Made by a program: the position numbers and the translations under genes
The notes under the pieces: model-generated
What the model saw: the letters and a program-made list of their open reading frames with translations, nothing else
What the model was told of the DNA's origin: nothing
The model's database searches: none
Origin: Parcubacteria group bacterium CG1_02_44_31
GTDB taxonomy: Bacteria > Patescibacteriota > Minisyncoccia > UBA6257 > Brennerbacteraceae
DNA: 42,147 nt
Assembly (NCBI GenBank): GCA_001872485.1
Contig: MNWK01000024.1
Coordinates: 1-42,147 of the forward strand
Direction of reading: 5' to 3'
Part shown: piece after piece, positions 1 through 7,683 of the stretch
Layout of the letters: each line of letters begins with the position of its first letter
Numbering within the stretch: the stretch's first letter is position 1

Positions 1-524
1 TTTATACTCAAGTAACAAATCCAAAACTTAAAAATATTAAAAGTCCGTTATAATAAGTAAATTGTAAGTTTTTTAGATGATTTATAAAAGATGGCGCAAA
101 AAATTTTTAAAAAACTTTTGGCGAGCGAGCAAAAATTGGGGGAGTTCAAGGGGAGGAAAATTTTTGCCCGCGAGCCGTCAGCAAAATTACGAAGTAATTT
201 TGCGTCAATCAGCGTCAGGATTTTGCTGGAAAAAAGTTCTGACATCGTCTAGTAGACACCACTTTATACTCAAGTAACAAATCCAAAACTTAAAAATATT
301 AAAAGTCCGTTATAATAAGTAAATTGTAAGTTTTTTAGATGATTTATAAAAGATGGCGCAAAAAATTTTTAAAAAACTTTTGGCGAGCGAGCAAAAATTG
401 GGGGAGTTCAAGGGGAGGAAAATTTTTGCCCGCGAGCCGTCAGCAAAATTACGAAGTAATTTTGCGTCAATCAGCGTCAGGATTTTGCTGGAAAAAAGTT
501 CTGACATCGTCTAGTAGACACCAC
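1..524. repeat. Perfect tandem direct repeat, 2 x 262 bp (1-262 and 263-524)
   Basis: The two units read identically by eye (tttatactcaagtaacaaatcc...gtctagtagacaccac). Each unit contains two long hairpins (ggcgagcgagcaaaaatt / aaatttttgcccgcgagcc, and gcaaaattac-gaa-gtaattttgc). Copy 1 starts at the window edge, so the array may continue upstream. Confidence 0.9.
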
Positions 525-650
525 CTGGGGAGAATCGGACTCCAGCCCCTGCCTGCCGGCAGGCAGGTCGGCAACTTGCCCCGTTAAAAATCAACTCTGT
601 GGACTTGACGAGAATCGGACTCGTGCCTCCGCAACCCCGTATACAAACTT
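525..650 (-). other. Two orphan tRNA 3'-half-like fragments (T-arm with TCCGATT loop plus acceptor 3' strand)
   Basis: Minus-strand reads GGAG-TCCGATT-CTCC (527-543) and ACGAG-TCCGATT-CTCGT-CAAGTCC-A (600-624). Both have the same unusual T-loop as the adjacent tRNA-Ala. No matching 5' halves lie at tRNA distance. A 20-nt perfect palindrome cctgcctgccggcaggcagg (548-567) sits where a variable arm would be. Confidence 0.4.
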
Positions 651-651
651 G

Positions 652-722
652 TGGACTCAGGGAGAATCGGACTCCCGCCTCGGCAATGCGAATGCCGCGT
701 AATACCACTTTACTATGAGCCC
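652..722 (-). tRNA. tRNA-Ala (anticodon CGC), 71 nt, CCA not encoded
   Basis: The manual cloverleaf on the minus strand is GGGCTCA-TA-GTAA-AGTGGTA-TTAC-G-CGGCA-TTCGCAT-TGCCG-AGGC-GGGAG-TCCGATT-CTCCC-TGAGTCC-A. It has the G3:U70 Ala identity pair and discriminator A. The T-loop has C at position 55 instead of the near-universal U, which lowers confidence that it is functional. Confidence 0.65.
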
Positions 723-840
723 ATATAAGTCCACAAGCTTATTTACGGGGCGCAGTGCGAATGTTCCCAATTTGTATAAAAATCCTAAGATTTTTATCTA
801 CAAATTGCAATCCGTCTAAACGTAAATGGTGATGGACGGT

Positions 841-864
841 GTATTACCACTATACTACAAGCCC
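841..864 (-). other. Orphan tRNA 5'-half-like fragment (acceptor 5' strand plus D-arm)
   Basis: The minus strand reads GGGCTTG-TA-GTAT-AGTGGTA-ATAC. Its acceptor strand GGGCTTG is complementary (with G3:U70) to CAAGTCC of the orphan 3' half at 601-607. No T-arm follows within tRNA distance. Confidence 0.4.
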
Positions 865-900
865 TTCATTTTTAACGGGGTGAAAATGCCACGCTATACG

Positions 901-941
901 CCCCGTAGCGTCCTGAGCTTGTCGAAGGACTGCTACTGGGG
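901..941. repeat. 41-nt palindromic element with CCCCGTAGC...GCTACTGGGG ends
   Basis: The sequence is ccccgtagc-g-tcc...gga-ctgctactgggg. It lies directly after the D-arm of the orphan tRNA 5' half at 941-964. Its ends resemble the CCC(T/C)GTAGT termini of the window-wide repeat family. Confidence 0.6.
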
Positions 942-964
942 TAATACCACTTTACTATGAGCCC
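941..964 (-). other. Orphan tRNA-Ala 5'-half copy
   Basis: The minus strand reads GGGCTCATAGTAAAGTGGTATTAC, identical to the first 24 nt of the tRNA-Ala at 652-722. It is followed by the 41-nt palindrome instead of an anticodon arm. Confidence 0.5.
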
Positions 965-1096
965 GATGCGAATGCCTGTCTTTCGAAATCTTGATGAAGA
1001 CGGACCGCGTTCTACCCCTGCCCGCCCTTGGCGGGACTAGACCATAGTTCCAATTGCTGCCTGATTGTAGCGAACAATCGGACCTGAATCAACTAC

Positions 1097-1265
1097 ACCC
1101 TGTAGTAGAAATGCGACAGAATTTGATGCCGTATTTCCGATTCTATTTTATAAACAACGTAATCAACTCTCTATGGTTTATGCGTGTTTATTTATGAATT
1201 CTCTTGTTAAGGCAGTCGCATTTTTCCGCCAAAGGCGGATCTGCCTCTGGCATGACACTACGGGG
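1097..1265. mobile_element. MITE/REP-like element (family with ACCCTGTAGT / ACTACGGGG termini), copy 1
   Basis: The termini are accctgtagtag (1097-1108) and cactacgggg (1256-1265). The interior matches 23311-23508 in reverse complement and 31293-31455. This includes atcggaaatacggcat.aaattctgtcgcatttctac and ggcagtcgcatttttccgccaaaggcggatctgcctct.gcatgacac. Confidence 0.7.
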
Positions 1266-2269
1266 CATATAAGTTTTGACAAAAACGCGCCGAGTTTTTT
1301 CGGACTGTGACGAATCAGACTGCGACGAAGCAACGCATCTGCTTTTTGCTGCATATAAATACCGTTATCTAAAAAATTTCCTCCCAAAAACATCGTGCGC
1401 CCAATCACTTGTTTGCTTTTCCCTTTGAGTAAAATGGGATGCGACCGTTCTTTTTTAAAATACCTCAACAACAACGGCTCAACCGGTTCTTTATTGTTGC
1501 ACACCGCGACATCAACAACGCCATTTCCAATATATGATTCAATTTCTGACGCGAGCTGAAATGGCGTCCATCCATCGGTTTGCCCGAATTTACTCATCAC
1601 ATTTACAATCAGAATTTTTTTTGCTTTTGATTTTTTAAACGCGGCAACCATGCCTGAAACCAAAAACAACGGAATCAAACTCGTATATAAGTTTCCCGGC
1701 CCGACAATAATTGCGTCAGCATCCAGCATTGCGCGACGCGCTTTGGGATTTACGGTCAATTTCGGTTTGATGCAAAACTTTTTGATGCCAATTGCCTGAA
1801 TCACTTCTGCGGGCGTAATTGCGCGCTCTCCTGAAAGCACTGTGCCGTTTTTCAATGTCATTTCAAGCCGACCTTTATCAAGGGCCACGGGGATGATTTC
1901 ACCTTTGATTTTGATAATCTTTCCTATTTCCGCAATGCTTTGTTCAAGCGATCCGGACACTTTTTCCAACGCGCTCAAAAACAAATTGCCAAAACTGTGG
2001 CCGCGCAACCCGCCGTTTTCAAACCGATAATTCATCAATTTGCGGATTATTTCCGGTGCCTCGGAAAGCGCAACCATGCACTGCCTGATATCGCCCGGAG
2101 GCAAAACGCCGAGTTCATCGCGCAACACGCCGCTAGACCCTCCGTCGTCAGTCATAGCAACTATGGCCCTCAAATCAAACTGGGGGAAAACTTTTAACGC
2201 GGAAAGTACGGTAAAGACTCCTGTTCCCCCGCCCATTACAATTACATTTTTCTTTGCCCTGCGCGTCAT
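1178..2269 (-). CDS. yvcK: YvcK/CofD-family (UPF0052, gluconeogenesis factor-like) protein; last ~29 codons are encoded by the repeat element
   Basis: The 363-aa ORF has N-terminal VIVMGGGTGVFTVL and MTDDGGSSGVLRDELGVLPPGDIRQC motifs typical of the family. The C-terminal CPVVSCQRQIRLWRKNATAL... tail recurs in a non-coding repeat copy at 23311-23370. Confidence 0.85.
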   Translation of the reverse strand: MTRRAKKNVIVMGGGTGVFTVLSALKVFPQFDLRAIVAMTDDGGSSGVLRDELGVLPPGDIRQCMVALSEAPEIIRKLMNYRFENGGLRGHSFGNLFLSALEKVSGSLEQSIAEIGKIIKIKGEIIPVALDKGRLEMTLKNGTVLSGERAITPAEVIQAIGIKKFCIKPKLTVNPKARRAMLDADAIIVGPGNLYTSLIPLFLVSGMVAAFKKSKAKKILIVNVMSKFGQTDGWTPFQLASEIESYIGNGVVDVAVCNNKEPVEPLLLRYFKKERSHPILLKGKSKQVIGRTMFLGGNFLDNGIYMQQKADALLRRSLIRHSPKKLGAFLSKLICPVVSCQRQIRLWRKNATALTREFINKHA

Positions 2270-2351
2270 ATATCGTTATGCGACTAAGTATGCATATTAT
2301 ACTCTTTATACCGCATCTTGAAAAATCAATGCAGTATGAGATACTGTATGT

Positions 2352-3059
2352 ATGCCAACCAAGCATAAAGAACGCATAGTTATTTCGCTGGGCGGGTCTC
2401 TTATTGTTCCCAATGGTGGAGTCGACACGGAATTTCTCAAAAAATTCAATGCATTTATACGGGAAAAACTGACAGAAAACAAACATCGTCAGTTTTTTAT
2501 TATTGCCGGCGGTGGAGCAATTGCACGACACTACCGTGATGCGGCAAAAAAGATTTTAAACAAAAAAATTACCCGTGATGACCTTGACTGGCTCGGAATT
2601 CACGCAACACGCTTGAACGCGCATCTTATTCGCACAATTTTTCAAGACATCGCATACCCGCGCATCGTCAAACATTACGAAATAATTATGAAAATAACCA
2701 AACCAATTGTCATTGCCGCGGGATGGAAACCAGGATGGTCAACGGATTACTGCGCAACCGTTATATGCGAAGATTATCACGTCAAAACGCTTATCAATTT
2801 GAGCAACATACCGTATGCATACGATAAAGACCCGAAACGCTACAAAAACGTCAGGCCGGTTACCAGCATTTCCTGGAAAGCATTCAGAAAAATCGTTGGC
2901 GATACGTGGATACCGGGTATGAACTTTCCTTTTGACCCTATTGCAAGCAAAAAGGCGCAACGACTCGGATTACGGGTCCTTATCGTCAAGGGCGACGATT
3001 TCAAAAATCTCAATACGTTCTTCCACGCGGGAACATGTAAGGGAACGATTATTGAATAA
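2352..3059 (+). CDS. pyrH: UMP kinase, archaeal-type (amino-acid kinase fold)
   Basis: The 235-aa ORF carries IVISLGGSLI and FFIIAGGGAIARHYR motifs. Its length and motifs match the archaeal-type PyrH branch. Confidence 0.75.
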   Translation: MPTKHKERIVISLGGSLIVPNGGVDTEFLKKFNAFIREKLTENKHRQFFIIAGGGAIARHYRDAAKKILNKKITRDDLDWLGIHATRLNAHLIRTIFQDIAYPRIVKHYEIIMKITKPIVIAAGWKPGWSTDYCATVICEDYHVKTLINLSNIPYAYDKDPKRYKNVRPVTSISWKAFRKIVGDTWIPGMNFPFDPIASKKAQRLGLRVLIVKGDDFKNLNTFFHAGTCKGTIIE

Positions 3060-3061
3060 CC

Positions 3062-5737
3062 TTACACAACAAAGTTTACAATCTTTCCTTTGACAAACAC
3101 CACGCGCTTGATTTTCTTTGTTTCAAGCCATTTTGAAACTTTTGAACACGCTTGCGCTTGCTTTATCACTTCACTCTGCTCAGCATCAACAGAAATCGTC
3201 AACGTATCGCGGACTTTGCCCGAAACCTGAATTACATACGTCACGGTATTTCTCACGAGCACGGCAGGATTATATTTTGGCCATGGTTGCTTTTCAACAC
3301 GTGATGCATTGCGCATGCTCCATAATTCCGAAGCTAGATGCGGCGCAAATGGATACAAAAGCAATGTAAATATATTAAGAATTTTGTTCATATCCGTGTA
3401 CGCTATGTGCTCACGGTATTCAAGTAACTCGTTTTGAAATTCCATTAAGGCGGAAATAGCCGTGTTAAAACGCATATGCGAAATATCGTCTCCGACTTTT
3501 TTCACGGTCTGATGCATAAGCCGATGCGCGCGTTTTTTGATTTCCGCATTTGATTTTGCAATACGCTTTTTGGGAGCAAGAGATGCATGTTCAAACGCAA
3601 ATGAAAATACGCGGCTCAAAAACCGATGTACGCCCACAATGCCGTTCGTATCCCATGGCTTTGACGCTTCAAGCGGACCCAGAAACATTTCATACATGCG
3701 CAGCGTATCCGCGCCGTATTGTTTGATAATATCGTCCGGGTTGACCACGTTTCCGCGCGACTTGGACATTTTTTCCCCATCTGAACCCAAAACCATGCCT
3801 TGGTTTACCAATTTCGCAAACGGCTCTTTGTTAGGAACAACGCCGATGTCTTGCAAAAATTTATGCCAAAACCGCGCGTAAATCAAATGGCGCGTTGCGT
3901 GCTCGGTGCCGCCCACATAAAAACCAACCCCGCCTCCGCTAAAGCTACGGTGGACAAGCCCGCCTCCGCCAGAGTCTCTACGGCCAGTGGTTAACCAATA
4001 CTTCAAAACTTTTTGGTCCCAAAATAGCTTCGCGCGTTTTGCGGAAAGTTTAAGTTTATCTTGACCCAAAATAAATCCAAGATAATACCAGCACGAACCT
4101 GCCCATTGCGGCATAGTATCGGTTTCACGTTTAGCCGGGCCGCCGCACTTAGGACATTTCACACTAACCCATGTATCTATTGACGCCAAAGGCGATGCGC
4201 CTGTTCCTGTTGGTTCGTAATGTGTGACATTGGGCAATACAACTGGAAGTTTTTCTTCTGGAACGCCGATCCAACCTGGATTCATTACTTCACCAAGGGT
4301 AAAATTCAAGTTTCCAATTTTCCCGCCTGCGCCGAGGCTTCGGCGGGCAGGCAATTTCCAACAGTTCAGCCCTGAATGCAGTAATGGAACTCGGAATTTT
4401 GAATTCTCCACTCGTTTTTTACATTGTTCACAAAAAACGAGCGGGAACGGTTCTCCCCAATACCGCTGACGCGCAAATGTCCAATCCTGCAGTTTGTATT
4501 TTACTGCTTGTTGCGCGCTCATAAATGCTGCTATTTTGGGCGCAGCTTGTTTGACCGACAGCCTGTCAAACGGACCCGAGTGAATAAGCATGCCGGTCGC
4601 GATATCCGTATATGCGGAAGACAATGGTTCATGCGACTTGCCATCAGGTGAAATAACTTCGCGAATCGGCAAGTGGTATTTATGCGCAAACGCGAAATCG
4701 CGTTCATCATGCGCCGGAACTCCCATCACGGACCCGAACGCGTAGTCCATCAACACATAATCTGCAATCCAAATCGGAATTTCCTGTTTCGTAATCGGAT
4801 GAATCGCATACGCGCCGGAAAAAACGCCTGTTTTTTCTTTTTCCGCAGCGCGGTCCAAATCAGTTTTGCTTGCACCTTCGCGCATGTACAGCCGCACTTT
4901 TTCTTTTTGCTCAGGAGTCGTAATTGACTCAACCAACGGATGCTCGGGGGCAAGCACCACGAATGTCACACCATACAACGTATCAAGCCGCGTGGTAAAA
5001 ACCGGAAGCGTTTCACGAGAATTTTTAATGCGAAACGAAAATTCGTATCCAGTTGACTTGCCGATCCAATTGCGCTGCATTTCTTTCACGCTCTCAGACC
5101 ACTCAAGCTGTTTTAAATCATTCAAAAGCCGGTCAGCATACATGGTAATGCGAAGCACCCACTGCCGCATAGGTTTTCGCTCTATCAGAGATTTACAGCG
5201 CTCGCACCTGCCATTTTCCAAATCCTCGTTGGCAAGCGTCGTTTTACACAACGGACACCAATTAATGGGTTCATTTGATTCGTATGCAAGCCCGTGATGA
5301 AACATCTGTAAAAACATCCATTGCGTCCATTTGTAATACGCCGGGTCGCTTGTCGCAAGCTCCCGCGACCAATCATACGACAGCCCGACTGATTGTATTT
5401 GTTTTTTAAACCGCGCGATGTTCTTTTTCATTGCGACATTAGGATGGATTTTGTTTTGAATTGCGTAATTTTCAGCCGGCAGGCCGAACGCATCCCATCC
5501 CATGGGATGTAATATATTCCAGCCGTTCATGCGCAAAAACCGCGCATAGATGTCCGTTGCGGTGTATCCTTCCAAGTGCCCCACGTGCAATCCCTCACCT
5601 GAAGGATACGGAAACATATCCAAAATGAACATTTTTTTCGCAGTTCCGCTGTTTTTGGCGCGCCACGAAGAAAAACCGGATTTCTCCCATGCGCGCTGCC
5701 ATTTTTTCTCAATACGTGCAAAATCGTATTTTTTCAT
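3062..5737 (-). CDS. leuS: Leucyl-tRNA synthetase (with extra in-frame insertions)
   Basis: The 891-aa ORF has the class I signatures PYPSGEGLHVGH and KMSKSRGN. It also has the CP1/editing region, the Zn motifs CPLCKT/CERCKS, and YVGGTEHATRHLIYARFW. Confidence 0.95.
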   Translation of the reverse strand: MKKYDFARIEKKWQRAWEKSGFSSWRAKNSGTAKKMFILDMFPYPSGEGLHVGHLEGYTATDIYARFLRMNGWNILHPMGWDAFGLPAENYAIQNKIHPNVAMKKNIARFKKQIQSVGLSYDWSRELATSDPAYYKWTQWMFLQMFHHGLAYESNEPINWCPLCKTTLANEDLENGRCERCKSLIERKPMRQWVLRITMYADRLLNDLKQLEWSESVKEMQRNWIGKSTGYEFSFRIKNSRETLPVFTTRLDTLYGVTFVVLAPEHPLVESITTPEQKEKVRLYMREGASKTDLDRAAEKEKTGVFSGAYAIHPITKQEIPIWIADYVLMDYAFGSVMGVPAHDERDFAFAHKYHLPIREVISPDGKSHEPLSSAYTDIATGMLIHSGPFDRLSVKQAAPKIAAFMSAQQAVKYKLQDWTFARQRYWGEPFPLVFCEQCKKRVENSKFRVPLLHSGLNCWKLPARRSLGAGGKIGNLNFTLGEVMNPGWIGVPEEKLPVVLPNVTHYEPTGTGASPLASIDTWVSVKCPKCGGPAKRETDTMPQWAGSCWYYLGFILGQDKLKLSAKRAKLFWDQKVLKYWLTTGRRDSGGGGLVHRSFSGGGVGFYVGGTEHATRHLIYARFWHKFLQDIGVVPNKEPFAKLVNQGMVLGSDGEKMSKSRGNVVNPDDIIKQYGADTLRMYEMFLGPLEASKPWDTNGIVGVHRFLSRVFSFAFEHASLAPKKRIAKSNAEIKKRAHRLMHQTVKKVGDDISHMRFNTAISALMEFQNELLEYREHIAYTDMNKILNIFTLLLYPFAPHLASELWSMRNASRVEKQPWPKYNPAVLVRNTVTYVIQVSGKVRDTLTISVDAEQSEVIKQAQACSKVSKWLETKKIKRVVFVKGKIVNFVV

Positions 5738-5894
5738 ATGTTATTTCATATGTTATGCGAAACTTTTTGGACTTACACTTTTGGTTTCTTATTTTATTAT
5801 ATTCAAACAACCTCAAAATGCAAAAATGCTATTTCTTCTATTCTCATATTCTTAAGAATGTAAGAATGGTATCTTATCAGCGGGTAAAATCGAG

Positions 5895-6878
5895 CTATGA
5901 TGAAACGCAATTTTCACGCATTGCCTGCTTTACCATTTGTATAATTTTAGCACCAGAAAGCTTTGTTTTAAACCCTGCTGCGTTGAAATGTCCCCCGCCG
6001 CCAAACCTGCGTGCGAATTCATTCAAATCCAAAACATTATGCTGCGCTCCCCACACGCTTGCTTTCCAATAGCCAGTTTTCGCAAACCGTTTCAAAAAGA
6101 GCGCCACGCGAAGCCCTTTGATACGTTTCATCTCGTACATGACCGTGCGATTCATACCTTCGGGAATTTGCGTACGAATTTTGCACACCCCAAGCCCGAG
6201 CGATGCATCATATGAAATACTCGCAAGCAATTTTCCGTATAAACGAAACTCATCCGCATCCATTTTTTGATGCAGCAATTCCATAATACGCTGTATTTCA
6301 TCTCCTTGCGTCACTAAAGCGTTCACCATACGAAGCAGCCGTTTTGACGCGCGCTGATACGCGAACGCGCCCGTGTCCCCCCATACGCCCAAGAGCAAAT
6401 AATAATTCGCCTGCTCGGGTATGCGCGCTTTGATTTTTGAAAACAACATATGCAGCATTTCAGTTGTAGACACGAATGCCGAATCAACCCACACAATATC
6501 TCCGAACTGCGACTGATATTCATGATGGTCAATGGTAATCACGAACGGTTTTGTTTGTTCAATAAGCCACAGCACAGATGCGTCTATTTTTTCTTTTTTG
6601 CCATAATCAAGCAAAAAAACGACGTCGGGTTTATACAACGCAAGTGAACTCATTTTCACTTGGTTAGGCAACTTGTCCATGGCAACTTCACGCCATATAG
6701 ATTCATGAAAATCAGACGCAATCACAACTCCTTTTCGCATGGCGCGTAATACTTCATACAATGCCAAGCACGAACCTACATTATCAAAATCAGGCCCCGT
6801 ATGCCCTGCAATTATGATTCGGTGCGCGGCATTGATGCGCTGTTTAATGAATGCGAAATAGGGTTTTTGCGTTTTCAT
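5895..6878 (-). CDS. nrnA: DHH/DHHA1 phosphoesterase (NrnA-like oligoribonuclease/pAp phosphatase)
   Basis: The motifs are IIIAGHTGPDFDNVGS, ITIDHHE and GGGHFNAAGF. The ORF-track start at 6902 is TTG and the first ATG is at 6878. The gene overlaps the tatD 3' end by about 35 nt. Confidence 0.8.
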   Translation of the reverse strand: MKTQKPYFAFIKQRINAAHRIIIAGHTGPDFDNVGSCLALYEVLRAMRKGVVIASDFHESIWREVAMDKLPNQVKMSSLALYKPDVVFLLDYGKKEKIDASVLWLIEQTKPFVITIDHHEYQSQFGDIVWVDSAFVSTTEMLHMLFSKIKARIPEQANYYLLLGVWGDTGAFAYQRASKRLLRMVNALVTQGDEIQRIMELLHQKMDADEFRLYGKLLASISYDASLGLGVCKIRTQIPEGMNRTVMYEMKRIKGLRVALFLKRFAKTGYWKASVWGAQHNVLDLNEFARRFGGGGHFNAAGFKTKLSGAKIIQMVKQAMRENCVSS

Positions 6879-7629
6879 ATGTTTTTTGGGCGATGTCGTC
6901 AAGCAACATTCCGCGCACGTATGCTATTTTTTGCGCAATGACAAAAACGTTTTTCGGTTCGTTCACCTGACCCCGAAATCCTTCTGGCGGCAAGTCCGGC
7001 GAATCGGTTTCAATTAAAATTCTGTCTATGGGAGCATTGCGCACTGTTTCAAGAATTCCTTTTCGCGCTTTATACGTAATCATACCTGAAAACGAAATAT
7101 ATAATCCGCATTGCAAAAGCTGCTGGGCATATTCCCATGATTGCGAAAAACAATGCGCAACTCCGCGCAACCCCTGGCTGGCGTACTTTTTCATCAATGC
7201 CAATACTTCATTATCTCCGTTGCGATTATGAATAATGATAGGCAAATGATATTTCATTGCCAATTCAATCTGCATTTCAAACAAATTAATTTGGTCTTGA
7301 ATCTGTCTACCGTTTTCCTTTTCGCTTACATCAATGCCGCATTCGCCGATTGCAACAACTTTGGAACACGAAGCAATTTGCGCAGATAAACATTGCCGTA
7401 AATCCGCAAGCGCAACATCTTTATCCTCGTGAGGATATATGCCGATTGCCGCGTACACGTTTTGATGTTCCTTAACAATACGCAGCACATTTTCGTTTTC
7501 GCAAATTGATGTTCCAATAGCAACACACCCGACAACACCCGCATCCGCAGCATCTTTTAAAATCTGACCAGCGGTTTTTTCATGTCTTCCGTGCGGGGGC
7601 AAATGGCAATGCGAATCAAAAAAATCCAT
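6844..7629 (-). CDS. tatD: TatD-family metal-dependent hydrolase/DNase
   Basis: The 261-aa ORF has N-terminal FFDSHCHL, plus AIGECGID, HCFS and ETDSP motifs. Confidence 0.9.
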   Translation of the reverse strand: MDFFDSHCHLPPHGRHEKTAGQILKDAADAGVVGCVAIGTSICENENVLRIVKEHQNVYAAIGIYPHEDKDVALADLRQCLSAQIASCSKVVAIGECGIDVSEKENGRQIQDQINLFEMQIELAMKYHLPIIIHNRNGDNEVLALMKKYASQGLRGVAHCFSQSWEYAQQLLQCGLYISFSGMITYKARKGILETVRNAPIDRILIETDSPDLPPEGFRGQVNEPKNVFVIAQKIAYVRGMLLDDIAQKTYENAKTLFRIH

Positions 7630-7683
7630 ACTTTTCGTATCATTCGTATCGTTCGCACAATTCGTATATTGGTATCGTGCTTT

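Noticed and set aside
48-587. ORFs 48..245(-), 77..277(+), 310..507(-) and 339..587(+) inside the 262-bp tandem repeat
   Set aside because: They form overlapping mirror ORFs on both strands and their composition is low-complexity and basic. The sequence is dominated by hairpins. They are most likely non-coding.
1060-1092. SRP (4.5S) RNA: the minus strand reads TTCAGGTCCGATTGTTCGCTACAATCAGGCAGC, resembling GUCAGGUCCGGAAGGAAGCAGC
   Set aside because: The GGAA tetraloop and the closing pairs cannot be reproduced, and the AGGAAGCAGC 3' side is truncated. The segment also lies adjacent to repeat termini. I have no confidence in this call without a covariance model.
5733-5756. Tandem 12-nt duplication ttcatatgttat x2 spanning the leuS start codon, creating an upstream ATG-AAA-TAA mini-ORF
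   Set aside because: It is real in the sequence but tiny. It is most simply a slippage duplication in an AT-rich promoter, and there is no evidence for a regulatory uORF.
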